DNA from: Alphaproteobacteria bacterium GWC2_42_16
Lineage (GTDB): Bacteria > Pseudomonadota > Alphaproteobacteria > UBA9655
Direction of reading: 5' to 3'
Assembly (NCBI GenBank): GCA_001767835.1
Contig: MEMA01000052.1
Span: forward strand, 5,753 to 69,752
Length of the DNA: 64,000 bases
Shown here: piece after piece, positions 9,564 to 19,910 of the stretch
Position numbering within the stretch: the first letter of the stretch is position 1
Layout of the letters: each line of letters begins with the position of its first letter
Made by a program: the position numbers and the translations under genes
Notes under the pieces: model-generated
What the model saw: the letters and a program-made list of their open reading frames with translations, nothing else
Databases searched by the model: none
What the model was told of the DNA's origin: nothing

Positions 9564-9929
9564 TTAAGAGAGCGGAAGGCTATCTGCCTCTTGGAGAGAA
9601 GGTGCCAAAGTTGCCCCTTCTCGAACCTTATCAAGTTGAGGTTCTTGTGCCCCCTCCTCATTCATCTTACGGGTATAAGGTAGTTTTGAAGGACGATTGG
9701 CTAAGGCAATTCGATAGTAGTGATCGGCATATTGATAATAATTCTCTGCTGAAATAGGATCGCCTGATGAAGCCGCATCTCGAGCAAGGGTTAGATATTT
9801 ATCAACACATTGCTGAGCATTGCCTCTGACTCTCAGCTCACTCGAATGACCGTTCATTTGTTTTGGTTGTTGTCTATGTCGCTCAGAAGAACGGCTGTTC
9901 TGCCGCTTGGAATAACCAGCTTGTTTCAT
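9564..9929 (-). CDS. DUF4167 domain-containing protein
   Basis: Basic N-terminus followed by RGNAQQCVDKYLTLARDAASSGDPISAENYYQYADHYYRI, typical of the alphaproteobacterial DUF4167 family. Confidence 0.7.
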   Translation of the reverse strand: MKQAGYSKRQNSRSSERHRQQPKQMNGHSSELRVRGNAQQCVDKYLTLARDAASSGDPISAENYYQYADHYYRIALANRPSKLPYTRKMNEEGAQEPQLDKVREGATLAPSLQEADSLPLS

Positions 9930-10075
9930 TAACTAATCTTCTATCTTGAAGTTAAACTCGATTTCCTCGTTGGAAATAATTATCTTGAGTTAAGTTGAAA
10001 GTGAATCCTTTCGCCCTTATAAATAACAATTAAATATTTTTTTGCAAGCTTTTTTTGTGTGTGTTATTGAGCCGC

Positions 10076-11392
10076 TCACCTTAAATGCTCAGGTAGCCCG
10101 TCAAAACGAATCAAATCTTGCAAAGTTTGTTCTTTTGAAACCCATTCATAAGCCCTATCTCTCACAAAGATAACTCCAGGAAGAAGATGTTTATTATAAT
10201 TGTTCACCATTGAATGAGTATAAGCTCCTGTTGAAAAAATAACGAGAACATCTCCCTCAACACAATGAGGAAGATGGATATTTTCGATTAATATATCCCC
10301 TGTCTCGCAACAGTTTCCCACAATTTTATAGGGCTGGTCACTATCTGGCTCATTCATCCTGTTGGCCAGAACAGCCGTGTGTTTGGCTTGATAAAGAGCC
10401 GGCCTTAAGTTATCTGTCATACCTCCATTTACAGCCGCATAAAGGATTTTGTTGGGTCCCCTTTTGATGGAGCCTATCTTATAAAGAGTACACCCTGCTG
10501 GACCTACAATCGACCGCCCAGGTTCAAACATTAAATGAGGAAGAGGAATCCCTTTGTCTTCACAGAGCTGTATCACTTTCTGAGATAAGGTTTTAATAAA
10601 CTTTTCTATATCAGGAAGAGGATCATGATCTTGATAGGCTATGCCCAAACCCCCACCCATATTCAGCTCTTCAATTTCTATCCCTTTTTCTTTAAGAAAA
10701 ACAACAAAATCAAAAACCTTATCCAAGGCATGCTCGTAAAAAGAGACTTTTTGAAGGTTTGACCCAATATGAAAATGGAGACCCTTAAATTTTATATATC
10801 CTCTGGAACAGGCATCATTTATGATTTCAGCAATTTTTGTCCGATCTACATGAAAACCAAACTTTGAGTCCTTTGCCCCTGTGACCATGTATTTATGGGT
10901 TTCTATATCATCAAGCCCGGGGTTAAGGCGCAGCAAAACACTACACTCTTTTTTTAAACTTGCCGTAATATGTTGAAGAAGGGCTAATTCTTCCACATTA
11001 TCAACTACAATTTTTTTAACACCATACTCTACGGCGGCTTGAAGTTCTCTTCTTGATTTGTTGTTCCCATGCATAAGAATTTTGTCAGATGGAATTTTTG
11101 CTGATTGAGCTATAAAAAGCTCCCCTCCTGAACACACATCGATACCAACCCCCTCTTGCTTGATCAAAGAGGCCATAGCAAGGTTCAAAAAGGCTTTTGA
11201 GGCATAAAAAATAGAGCTGGATTTTGGATAAAAAAGGGATAGGGCTTTTTGATAAAGGCGTAAATTTTCACGTATCAATAACTCATTAAAGACATAGATG
11301 GGCCGCTCACTTTCTCGAGAGAGGCTAACCAAATCAACGCCGTTAAGAACTAAATTTCCAGCCCCATTTACTGAAAAACCTTTTAGTTTCAT
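10076..11392 (-). CDS. lysA: Diaminopimelate decarboxylase (group IV PLP-dependent decarboxylase)
   Basis: YASKAF (PLP lysine), HFHIGS, EPGRSIVGPAG and CETGD motifs. Confidence 0.8.
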   Translation of the reverse strand: MKLKGFSVNGAGNLVLNGVDLVSLSRESERPIYVFNELLIRENLRLYQKALSLFYPKSSSIFYASKAFLNLAMASLIKQEGVGIDVCSGGELFIAQSAKIPSDKILMHGNNKSRRELQAAVEYGVKKIVVDNVEELALLQHITASLKKECSVLLRLNPGLDDIETHKYMVTGAKDSKFGFHVDRTKIAEIINDACSRGYIKFKGLHFHIGSNLQKVSFYEHALDKVFDFVVFLKEKGIEIEELNMGGGLGIAYQDHDPLPDIEKFIKTLSQKVIQLCEDKGIPLPHLMFEPGRSIVGPAGCTLYKIGSIKRGPNKILYAAVNGGMTDNLRPALYQAKHTAVLANRMNEPDSDQPYKIVGNCCETGDILIENIHLPHCVEGDVLVIFSTGAYTHSMVNNYNKHLLPGVIFVRDRAYEWVSKEQTLQDLIRFDGLPEHLR

Positions 11393-11423
11393 CCAGAGTT
11401 TATCGTTATTAACGCTATTTTCT

Positions 11424-12104
11424 TTAATACGAATGAGCCTCTTCCTTTCCTTTAATCTCTAAAAGGAGTTCAGTGGGAAGTCCTGATTGGCGAATCTCCA
11501 GCTTTCCCTTTAATTCCTCCACCAAACTATGAATCAAATAACAAGGAACGGTTCGCGGCGTAAGTTCAGTCAATAGTGCTTTTCCTTCTAAAGCCTCAAG
11601 CGTTCCCTGATGAAGAACGATAGAATTAGTTACAAGATGAAGCGATAAAAATAAAGATGTTTCATCAGGAATGATGAAATGGATCTCTCCTCCCTTTGGT
11701 GCACATTCACTAAGCCACAATGTAGCATTCAAAAGCAACCGACCCCATTTTTTCAACATCAGATCTTCAAGAAACGGTGTTTCCCAATGTAAGCTTATTT
11801 TGCTTCGCGCAAAGTATGTTTCGATAAGAGCTCGAGCTTCCCCAAAGGAAACTTGGTCCCCACTGGTGCCAAAGGCCATTCTAAAAAAACTCAACCGAGC
11901 AGCGGCTGCTTCAGCACTGTGACGAATAAGATCCATAATTTCACGGGAATCTTTACTCAAATTCGCCATATTTTCTTGAAAAAGTTCGAGCCCTGTATTA
12001 ATTGCTCCAATTGGTGTTACAAGGTCATGACAAAGGCGAGAGGAAAGAAGTTTAGCTATATGATAAGAATTTTGTGGCGCCATTTTTCTTTTCCTTATAT
12101 ACAA
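11424..12104 (-). CDS. chpT: Histidine phosphotransferase ChpT
   Basis: LSSRLCHDLVTPIGAINTGLELF phospho-His box with a degenerate CA-like C-terminus. Length is about 220 aa. The start may instead be the downstream ATG at 12083. Confidence 0.75.
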   Translation of the reverse strand: MYIRKRKMAPQNSYHIAKLLSSRLCHDLVTPIGAINTGLELFQENMANLSKDSREIMDLIRHSAEAAAARLSFFRMAFGTSGDQVSFGEARALIETYFARSKISLHWETPFLEDLMLKKWGRLLLNATLWLSECAPKGGEIHFIIPDETSLFLSLHLVTNSIVLHQGTLEALEGKALLTELTPRTVPCYLIHSLVEELKGKLEIRQSGLPTELLLEIKGKEEAHSY

Positions 12105-12200
12105 ATTTTAGCATCTTGTTAAGAAATTATCTGCTAAACTTTAGCAGAAAGCAAAAAGATTTATTAAAAATTTAAGCTTATACTACATAGAGAATGCGAC

Positions 12201-13274
12201 ATGAAAACCTATAAAAAAATTATAATTGCAGCTGTTCTTTGTGTTCTTGGCCTCGGAGGCGCTCTTTGGTTACTAAGGGGAAACAAAGTTACAGAGGTAG
12301 CCTTTAAAGAACCAATTCCTGTCGAAGCGAGCTACGCAAAAATCGGATCCATCCTTCGTCGTGTGCACACCGAGGGAAAACTTTCAGCCATCCAAACTGT
12401 CACGTTGCGCCCTCAGGTCAGCGGAAGAATTGAAAAAATTTTTTTCGAGGAAGGCTCCCGTGTTAAAGCCGGAGACCCCCTCTATAAAATTGAAGATAGC
12501 TTGTATAAGGCAAAAGTTAAAGAAATGGAAGCACGCCTCTTAGAAAAACGGGGGAATTACGAACGAGCAGCTAAATTACTCGAGAAAAAATTTGGAACCC
12601 CACAGGAAAGGGATCGTACATTTGCCGAAATGCGCATCGCAGAAGCTAACTTAGAGGAAGCAAAAATTCAGCTTGAAAATACAATACTTAAAGCGCCTTT
12701 CGAAGGTGTCATGGGCTTAAGCAAAGTCAGCAAGGGGGCATTAGTTTCTGAATCCGTTGAACTCGCTAATCTCGTAGATTTAGATCCCATCAACATAGAC
12801 TTTAGCATTCCTAATTCTTACCTTCCTTTTGTTCATGAGGGAGATGTAGTTGACGTTACGATTGAAGATTATGATATTCTACCCATCGAAGCGACCATTA
12901 AAGCCATCGCTCCTGAGCTTGATGAAGCCACACTCAAGATTATCATTCGCGCCCAAATGCCTAATACAGAGCTCTCCTATCGCCCAGGAGAATTTGCCCG
13001 CCTTTTGGTCCTTGCGGGTAAAACAGAGAATGCTGTTCTTATTCCTGTATCAGCTATCGAACGGGAAGGGGATGAAGAATACGTGATGCTTGTTGTTGAT
13101 AACGTTGCTGTTCGATCTACCATAAGTACAGGCATGAGAGATGGAGATGAAGTTGAAATTATCCATGGTGTCAAAGCAAAAGACCTCGTTGTCACAGCAG
13201 GTCAATTTAAACTACATGATGGTGATGAAGTGAAAGTCGTCAACTTAGAGAAGAGTGACGAACAGAAAAAATGA
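12201..13274 (+). CDS. RND efflux periplasmic adaptor (membrane fusion protein)
   Basis: N-terminal anchor, lipoyl/hairpin regions (VSGRIEKIFFEEGSRVKAGDPLYKIED), and a 4-nt overlap with the downstream RND pump. Confidence 0.85.
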   Translation: MKTYKKIIIAAVLCVLGLGGALWLLRGNKVTEVAFKEPIPVEASYAKIGSILRRVHTEGKLSAIQTVTLRPQVSGRIEKIFFEEGSRVKAGDPLYKIEDSLYKAKVKEMEARLLEKRGNYERAAKLLEKKFGTPQERDRTFAEMRIAEANLEEAKIQLENTILKAPFEGVMGLSKVSKGALVSESVELANLVDLDPINIDFSIPNSYLPFVHEGDVVDVTIEDYDILPIEATIKAIAPELDEATLKIIIRAQMPNTELSYRPGEFARLLVLAGKTENAVLIPVSAIEREGDEEYVMLVVDNVAVRSTISTGMRDGDEVEIIHGVKAKDLVVTAGQFKLHDGDEVKVVNLEKSDEQKK

Positions 13275-16200
13275 AAATCATAGAACTTCTTATTCGCCGT
13301 CCTGTTTTAGCCACCGTATTGACTATTATCATAGTTATGGTGGGGGCTGTCTCCTATACACGTCTTTCTCTCCGCCAATTCCCAGAAGTTGACAAACCTA
13401 TCATCAGTGTCACGACTTCTCTTGAAGGCGCAAGCCCCCAAATTATTGAGGCACAAATCACACGCCCCTTGGAAGAAGCCTTAGGCGGTGTAGAAGGCCT
13501 TGATTACATAGCCTCCAGAAGCGAAACAGAAAATAGTGTTATTAAACTCTATTTCAAGGTGGATCGTAATATTGATCTGGCTGCAGCTGACGTACGCGAT
13601 CGGCTCCAAAAAGTACGCAACAAACTCCCCGATGAAGCGGATGATCCCCTAATAAAAAAGACGGATGCTGATGCATTACCCATGATCTATCTTTCTCTTT
13701 TTAGTGACAAAAAAACCGTCAATGAGTTGGCTGACTATGCCCACCGTTTTCTGGAAAGTGAGCTTCAAACCATTAAAGGTGTGGCCACTGTTGACATTTT
13801 CGGAGGTGGCAACCTTGAAATGCACCTTATTTTAGATCCCATTCGTCTTAACGCCTATAAGATTACAGCCACTGACGTGGCCGCAGCGCTTAAGCGACAA
13901 AACATCAAAAAGCCCGCGGGGCGTCTCACCAGTGAAGAAAGAGAATTTCTCGTTACTACCATAACGGCTCTTTCAACGCCCACCCAATTTAACAATATGG
14001 TCATTGCTGAAAAGGAAGGCAGAATTATTCGCCTCAATGATGTCGGTTATGCAGAGCTCAATTCCGACGATAAAAGATTCTCATCTCGCTTTAATGATAA
14101 GAACGCTGTAAGCATAGGCATTGTTAAAAAATCTGTTGCTAACCCCCTTGAAGTCAAGGAAGGTGTAGAAGAAAAAATTGCTCAAATTCGGGAACGTTTG
14201 CCAGCTGGCACTGAAATTGAAATCTCTTCCGATAAAACAGTCTTTATTGAAAAATCCATTGAGCACGTCTATCGAACCATCTTGGAAGCAACGCTTCTCG
14301 TCATTATTGTTGTTTTCCTTTTCTTGAGATCGGCGAGAGCCTCTCTTATCCCTCTTGTAACAATCCCTGTATCCTTAATTGGAGCCTTTGCGTTGATGTT
14401 CGTTTTTGGCTTTACTATCAACATCTTAACCCTACTCGCTCTTGTGCTCGCCATTGGTCTTGTGGTGGACGATGCAATTGTTGTCTTAGAAAATATCTAC
14501 CGGTATATTGAAAAAGGGGAAAAACCTTTCCAGGCTGCCATTAAGGGAGCCAAAGAAATCAGTTTTGCTGTGGTAGCCATGACCTTAACCCTCGCGGCCG
14601 TGTATGCCCCTATTGCTCTTTCGAGTGGTATTACAGGGCGGTTCTTTACGGAATTTGCACTTACCCTTGCGGGTTCTGTGATTATCTCAGGTTTTGTGGC
14701 CTTAACCTTAACGCCGATGATGTGTTCCCGCCTCCTGACTCATCACACCCATGAAAGATTAAAGGGACATCCCATTGCAAAAGCCTATCAAACCTTTTAT
14801 GAAAAAATTGGGGGATGGCTCGATAAGATTGATTACATCTATAACAACCTTTTAAAGTATGTTCTTCATAAACGCCATTGGGTCGTTTTGAGTGGCATCT
14901 TTATTGCCCTAATCGGTCTTTATCTTGCTGTTTTTCAACTTAAACGTGAACTCACGCCTGCGGAAGACCAAGGCGTGCTTGTTACAACAGCTGATCCCCC
15001 TTATGGGGCAACTTTAAAGTACATCGAAAAGTATGCGCTTCAGATGGATCAAATCTTGGGGTCAGTTCCTGAGCTTGTCAAACGAATGACCATCGTTCAA
15101 GTAGGTGACTATACAACCTCTCAAAGTACATTGACCCCTTGGGAGGATCGCAAACGAAGCTGCAATGATATTAAAGTAGCCGTTTCTCCCCAACTTGAGA
15201 AAATCATTGGGCTTGACGTCCAAGCCAAGTGTCAAAATCGCTCTGTCATTGGCGGAAGCAGCGATTTTGACCTTTCCTTCGTGATTCAAACAACACGTTC
15301 TTATGAAGATCTTGCTGACCAAATGCAAAAGATATGGGCAGCTATGGGCCAACATCCAGGCATCGGAAAGATCCGTCCAGATATGGGCCAAGCTGGGCAA
15401 GATTATAAGGTGGAGGTTGATGTTGAAAAAGCGGCCACTTTGGGGGTTGAACCTGATGTGGTTGCGCAAACTTTGGATACACTCATTGGCGGGCGCCGTT
15501 CAACTACTTTTGAACGTGAGAGCAAGCAATATCCCGTTCGTGTTTGGGTGGGAGAACAATTCCGCAAATCCCCCGAAAATATTTTGGAAATGACCGTCAA
15601 AGGCAACCGGGGTGGGAAAGAAACCCTTGTTCCTTTGAAAGACATTGTTAAGGTTGTTAACGTTGTCACAACACCCGAAATTCGCCATTTTGATCGCTTA
15701 CGGTCAGTTACTTTGGATGCTGTCATTAATGAAGGCTATGGTTTAGGCCAAGTTCTTAATGATGTAAAGAAAGTTTCAGCCATGCTTCTCCCTGATGGGT
15801 ATCAAACAACAGTTTCGGGAGAAACGCGAGATTATTTGAAAGAAACCTATACAATTTTTCTCATCTTTGGACTTGCGCTTGCCTTTATTTTCCTTGTGAT
15901 GGCGGCCCAATTTGAAAGCTTTATTGACCCCTTTATTATTATCCTCAGTGTTCCCTTATCCTTGGCAGGAGCTATATTCACCCTGATGATCTTCAACGGC
16001 ACTCTTAATATCTACAGTGAAATAGGGCTGGTGACCTTAATAGGATTAATCACCAAACATGGTATTTTAATCGTGGACTTTGCAAACAAACTCCAAGAGC
16101 AAGGTCTCTCTCCCTTTGAAGCTGTGATACAAGCCTCGCGCTTGCGCTTACGCCCCATCCTCATGACAACTTTTGCTATGGTTTTTGGCGCTGTCCCCCT

Positions 16201-16357
16201 TGCTTTTTCGACAGGAGCAGGGGCAGAGACCCGGGAGCAAATTGGGCTTGTGATCGTCGGTGGAATGAGCTTTGGAACCCTTTTTACACTTTTTGTAATT
16301 CCGGTTGTCTATACTTATCTTACTCGAAAGTCTGTTGGCAAAAAGAAGCTCGGATAA
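13271..16357 (+). CDS. RND multidrug efflux permease (AcrB/HAE1 family)
   Basis: 1028 aa with a 12-TM layout and conserved VVDDAIVVLENI and ITKHGILIVDFAN segments. Confidence 0.9.
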   Translation: MKIIELLIRRPVLATVLTIIIVMVGAVSYTRLSLRQFPEVDKPIISVTTSLEGASPQIIEAQITRPLEEALGGVEGLDYIASRSETENSVIKLYFKVDRNIDLAAADVRDRLQKVRNKLPDEADDPLIKKTDADALPMIYLSLFSDKKTVNELADYAHRFLESELQTIKGVATVDIFGGGNLEMHLILDPIRLNAYKITATDVAAALKRQNIKKPAGRLTSEEREFLVTTITALSTPTQFNNMVIAEKEGRIIRLNDVGYAELNSDDKRFSSRFNDKNAVSIGIVKKSVANPLEVKEGVEEKIAQIRERLPAGTEIEISSDKTVFIEKSIEHVYRTILEATLLVIIVVFLFLRSARASLIPLVTIPVSLIGAFALMFVFGFTINILTLLALVLAIGLVVDDAIVVLENIYRYIEKGEKPFQAAIKGAKEISFAVVAMTLTLAAVYAPIALSSGITGRFFTEFALTLAGSVIISGFVALTLTPMMCSRLLTHHTHERLKGHPIAKAYQTFYEKIGGWLDKIDYIYNNLLKYVLHKRHWVVLSGIFIALIGLYLAVFQLKRELTPAEDQGVLVTTADPPYGATLKYIEKYALQMDQILGSVPELVKRMTIVQVGDYTTSQSTLTPWEDRKRSCNDIKVAVSPQLEKIIGLDVQAKCQNRSVIGGSSDFDLSFVIQTTRSYEDLADQMQKIWAAMGQHPGIGKIRPDMGQAGQDYKVEVDVEKAATLGVEPDVVAQTLDTLIGGRRSTTFERESKQYPVRVWVGEQFRKSPENILEMTVKGNRGGKETLVPLKDIVKVVNVVTTPEIRHFDRLRSVTLDAVINEGYGLGQVLNDVKKVSAMLLPDGYQTTVSGETRDYLKETYTIFLIFGLALAFIFLVMAAQFESFIDPFIIILSVPLSLAGAIFTLMIFNGTLNIYSEIGLVTLIGLITKHGILIVDFANKLQEQGLSPFEAVIQASRLRLRPILMTTFAMVFGAVPLAFSTGAGAETREQIGLVIVGGMSFGTLFTLFVIPVVYTYLTRKSVGKKKLG

Positions 16358-16479
16358 TCTTTTTAAATCAAACAGTTATAAAACTTAAAGACTTTGTCAA
16401 CCTTTCCCTAGAAAAAAATTAACCCTCTTTCTTTATACTTAAAATAAGAAAGAAGTTTTTAGAGATGAGAGGATTTGAG

Positions 16480-16644
16480 ATGTCAAAGATTATTGATTTA
16501 AATTTTTATAGAAAATTTCGCATCGTTCTACCTTGGCGAACCAAAAAAAAGAAAAGTCTTCCTTCTTCTTCATCCCGCTACACAAGGCCATTCCGTCGTC
16601 GACGTCGGGATCAGGAAGAGTCAAAGAGCACTCAAAAAGACTAA
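16480..16644 (+). CDS. Small, very basic hypothetical protein (54 aa; below the track cutoff)
   Basis: Hand-found ORF MSKIIDLNFYRKFRIVLPWRTKKKKSLPSSSSRYTRPFRRRRRDQEESKSTQKD with a gagagga RBS. An upstream in-frame ATG lies at 16465. No recognisable family. Confidence 0.25.
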   Translation: MSKIIDLNFYRKFRIVLPWRTKKKKSLPSSSSRYTRPFRRRRRDQEESKSTQKD

Positions 16645-16680
16645 AACGAGATCGAACTCATACACCACTCTGCAATTTAG

Positions 16681-16709
16681 TTGACACGCCTTTAAGAACC
16701 CCCTAAGGT
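16681..16709 (+). promoter_or_regulatory. Sigma-70-like promoter candidate (TTGACA-N17-TAAGGT)
   Basis: TTGACA at 16681-16686 and TAAGGT at 16704-16709 with 17-nt spacing, about 65 nt upstream of the ffh GTG. Confidence 0.3.
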
Positions 16710-16726
16710 CCCTCCATGTCCATAAC

Positions 16727-16761
16727 GTCAGTCCTCGCGTTGCGAGCACTGGCGCGTTTTT
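16727..16761 (+). terminator. Hairpin plus T-tract (terminator or attenuator-like) directly upstream of the ffh RBS
   Basis: gtcagtcctcgc-gtt-gcgagcactggc forms 11 bp with one C.C mismatch, followed by gcgTTTTTgTT. Confidence 0.4.
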
Positions 16762-16775
16762 GTTAGGAAAAAAGC

Positions 16776-18128
16776 GTGTTTGAAACATTAACGGGTCGAT
16801 TAGGCTCTATCATCGAGAAACTCAAAGGGCGCGGTGCTTTGACAGAAGCAGACGTCAAAGCCACCTTGCGTGAAGTGCGCATTGCCCTTTTGGAAGCCGA
16901 TGTGGCTTTACCTGTGGTGAAAGATTTTATCGCTCAAGTCCAAGAAAAAGCCATTGGACAAGAGGTTTTACGCAGCATTAGCGCGGGACAAATGGTGGTA
17001 AAAATCGTTCATGATGCTTTGATCGCGTTTTTGGGCGAAGAAGTGGTGGACATAGAGCTTAGGGCAACGCCACCTGCAATCATATTAATGGTGGGATTAC
17101 AAGGCTCGGGGAAGACTTCTATGACTGCCAAGCTGGGAAATTACTTAGCTAAAAAACAAAAACAAAAGGTTTTAATGGCCTCCCTTGACATCTACCGCCC
17201 TGCAGCCCGTGAACAGCTCCAAACCTTAGGTCAGCAATGTCAGATTGAGACTCTTTCCATTGTTCAAGATGAAAAGCCTCTTAAAATCACCGAGCGCGCC
17301 CTCACGAAAGCACGCCTTGAAGGCTTTGATGTCCTCATTTTAGATACGGCAGGACGCCTCCACATCGACCAAGAATTGATGGATGAAGTCGTAGCTGTAC
17401 GCGAGCTTGTTAACCCTACAGAAACGATTTTGGTGGCGGATGCCATGACGGGGCAAGACGCCATCACCATTGCTAAAGAATTCGATGCAAAGGTAGGGAT
17501 TACAGCCATTGCCCTCTCCCGTATTGATGGAGACGCCCGGGGTGGTGCTGCCCTTTCTATGCGTGCCGTGACCGGCAAGCCCTTAAAGCTTCTGGGAACA
17601 GGAGAAAAGCCTGATCAACTCGAGCTCTTTCATCCCGATCGCATTGCTACCCGTATTTTGGGCATGGGGGATGTGGTTGGCCTCGTTGAGAAAGCTATGG
17701 AGACGGTTGATCAAGAAGAAGCCGAGAAATTGGCTCTTCAAATGCAAAAGGGAGCTTTTGATTTTAACCTGCTTGAAGCCCAACTTTTACAAATGAACAA
17801 GATGGGTGGTCTTTCTAGCTTGATGCGAATGATTCCTGGTGTTAATAAGTTTCAAGATCAGATCGCTCAAGCAGGCTTCGATGATCGCTTTATTCAAAGG
17901 CAAGTCGCTATGATTCGCTCGATGACAGAGAAAGAGAGAAAGGACGCTCACCTTATCAATGGTTCTCGCAAACGGAGAATTGCTCTGGGAAGCGGCACAA
18001 CCGTTCAAGAGGTAAACAAGCTTCTCAAACAGTTTCGTGACATGAGCGATATGATGAAACGTATGAAAAAGATGGGCAAAAAAGGTTTTATGCGCCAAGG
18101 ATTACCGGGCCTAATGTCCAGACATTAA
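16776..18128 (+). CDS. ffh: Signal recognition particle protein Ffh
   Basis: MFETLTGRL N-terminus, GLQGSGKTS and DTAGR motifs, and a Met-rich M domain. Confidence 0.95.
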   Translation: MFETLTGRLGSIIEKLKGRGALTEADVKATLREVRIALLEADVALPVVKDFIAQVQEKAIGQEVLRSISAGQMVVKIVHDALIAFLGEEVVDIELRATPPAIILMVGLQGSGKTSMTAKLGNYLAKKQKQKVLMASLDIYRPAAREQLQTLGQQCQIETLSIVQDEKPLKITERALTKARLEGFDVLILDTAGRLHIDQELMDEVVAVRELVNPTETILVADAMTGQDAITIAKEFDAKVGITAIALSRIDGDARGGAALSMRAVTGKPLKLLGTGEKPDQLELFHPDRIATRILGMGDVVGLVEKAMETVDQEEAEKLALQMQKGAFDFNLLEAQLLQMNKMGGLSSLMRMIPGVNKFQDQIAQAGFDDRFIQRQVAMIRSMTEKERKDAHLINGSRKRRIALGSGTTVQEVNKLLKQFRDMSDMMKRMKKMGKKGFMRQGLPGLMSRH

Positions 18129-18155
18129 CACTTTTAACAAGGAAAGAAAGGAACC

Positions 18156-18644
18156 ATGTCTTTAAAAATTCGTCTAGCACGGGGTGGTGCTAAAAAACGC
18201 CCATACTATCAAATCGTTGTTGCAAACGTGCGTTCTCCGCGTGATGGTCGCTTTGTGGAAAAGGTGGGATCTTATAACCCCATGCTCCCTCAAGACAGTC
18301 AAGACCGCATTCGTTTGAATACAGATCGCATTCAATACTGGCTTAGCGTTGGGGCCCAACCCACAGATCGCGTCGCTCGCTTTTTAGGAAATGCTAAGCT
18401 TATTTCTATGCCAGAAATTCGTGAAACGCCTCAAAAATCTGCTCCCAAAACCAAAGCTCAAGAACGTGTAAAGGCAGAAGAGGAATCCCGAAAAGCCAAG
18501 GAAGAAGCTGCTAAAACCCCCGTCGTTGAGACAGAAGCCCTCCCTGAAGCTGAAGCCGTTGTAGAAGCTGAAGCTGTTGTAGAAGCTGAAAAGCCAGCTG
18601 AAGAGGTCCCTGCAGAAAAAGACGAAGAACCTGCTGCTTCATAA
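18156..18644 (+). CDS. rpsP: 30S ribosomal protein S16 with an Ala/Glu-rich C-terminal extension
   Basis: [24 protein letters not shown]-terminus. The tail contains [15 protein letters not shown]. Confidence 0.93.
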   Translation: MSLKIRLARGGAKKRPYYQIVVANVRSPRDGRFVEKVGSYNPMLPQDSQDRIRLNTDRIQYWLSVGAQPTDRVARFLGNAKLISMPEIRETPQKSAPKTKAQERVKAEEESRKAKEEAAKTPVVETEALPEAEAVVEAEAVVEAEKPAEEVPAEKDEEPAAS

Positions 18645-18653
18645 GGATATTAT

Positions 18654-19202
18654 ATGACTCAGCGCTCTCCCTCTTCTCCTTCACTTTTTTGCGCTGCTGT
18701 AATCGCATCTGCTCATGGCGTACGCGGTCATGTGAAGGTGAAGTGCTTTTTGGAAAACCCGGGGAAGTTCATAACCTTTTCACCATTCTTTAGCGCCAAG
18801 GGAGAAGAAGCCTTCTGGGTTGAAAAAGTTGTATCTCAAAACAAGGATGTGCTTATCATCTCCTTCAAAGATATTTCTGATCGTAATCAGGCGGAAAAAA
18901 TTAGGGGGGAGGAACTTTTTGTTCCACGTTCTAAACTACCCAAGCTTTCTGAAAATAGCTATTATCAACATGACCTTATCGGGCTTAAGGTCAAATCAAC
19001 TCGAGGAGACCTTCTTGGTAACGTGCAGAGCCTTCACAATTTTGGGGCGGGCGATATCGTTGAAATTAAGACGCTCCAGGGAAAATTTGAGATGATCCCT
19101 TTTACAAAAGACTTTATCCAAGACCTCCGCAAAGAGGAAGGAGAGATAGTCGTAAGCCCAGATGGGGAAGACCTTCTCAAAGGAGAAAAAGTCAATGCAT
19201 AA
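18654..19202 (+). CDS. rimM: 16S rRNA processing protein RimM
   Basis: Position between rpsP and trmD. Contains GVRGHVKV and a PRC-barrel-like C-terminus. Confidence 0.85.
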   Translation: MTQRSPSSPSLFCAAVIASAHGVRGHVKVKCFLENPGKFITFSPFFSAKGEEAFWVEKVVSQNKDVLIISFKDISDRNQAEKIRGEELFVPRSKLPKLSENSYYQHDLIGLKVKSTRGDLLGNVQSLHNFGAGDIVEIKTLQGKFEMIPFTKDFIQDLRKEEGEIVVSPDGEDLLKGEKVNA

Positions 19203-19899
19203 GGTAACGATCCTTACCCTTTTTCCCGAAATGTTCCCGGGTCCTTTGGGGCAATCGCTCCTCGGAAAAGCCCTTGATAAAAAGCTGTGGTCTTTAACTG
19301 TGGTGGACATCAGAGATTTTGCTGAAGACAAGCACCAGACTGTTGACGAACCCTGTTTTGGAGGCGGCCCTGGGATGGTCTTGCGCCCTGACATTATTGA
19401 TAAGGCCATCGCCTCTGTGATGGAAAAAGGCAAAGCCCGCCTTATTTACCTCACCCCTCGTGGCAAGGTTTTTGGCCAAACCTTAGCCAAAGATGTGGTT
19501 CAATCGTCCCTACCTCTTGTTTTCCTTTGTGGACGCTATGAGGGTATAGATCAACGCGTCTTGGATGCGTGGGAAGTCGAAGAGATTAGCTTAGGGGACT
19601 TTGTCCTCACTGGGGGTGAGCTCGCCGCCATGACCATTTTAGATGCCACCTTGCGCCTGATCCCTGGTGTAATTGGCGATGAAACGTCCCTTGAAGACGA
19701 AAGTTTTTCAAAGGGGCTCCTCGAATATCCTCATTATACGCGCCCTCGCATTTGGAAAGGCCGCGAAGTGCCTGAGGTCCTTTTATCCGGTCATCATGAG
19801 AAGATTGCCACATGGAGACATGAGCAGGCCCAACGAATCACAAAAGAACGTCGTCCAGACTTATGGAATCAATATACTCACTATCAGCATTTAAATTAA
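19195..19899 (+). CDS. trmD: tRNA (guanine37-N1)-methyltransferase TrmD
   Basis: [15 protein letters not shown]-terminus, [10 protein letters not shown], and [12 protein letters not shown]. The start was moved to ATG 19195, which overlaps the rimM stop. Confidence 0.92.
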   Translation: MHKVTILTLFPEMFPGPLGQSLLGKALDKKLWSLTVVDIRDFAEDKHQTVDEPCFGGGPGMVLRPDIIDKAIASVMEKGKARLIYLTPRGKVFGQTLAKDVVQSSLPLVFLCGRYEGIDQRVLDAWEVEEISLGDFVLTGGELAAMTILDATLRLIPGVIGDETSLEDESFSKGLLEYPHYTRPRIWKGREVPEVLLSGHHEKIATWRHEQAQRITKERRPDLWNQYTHYQHLN

Positions 19900-19910
19900 G
19901 GAGAAGAGAG

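Noticed and set aside
18480-18644. Ala/Glu-rich tandem repeat tail of S16 ([15 protein letters not shown]) as an unusual fusion.
   Set aside because: Low-complexity C-terminal extensions of S16 are common in Alphaproteobacteria. It is not considered anomalous.
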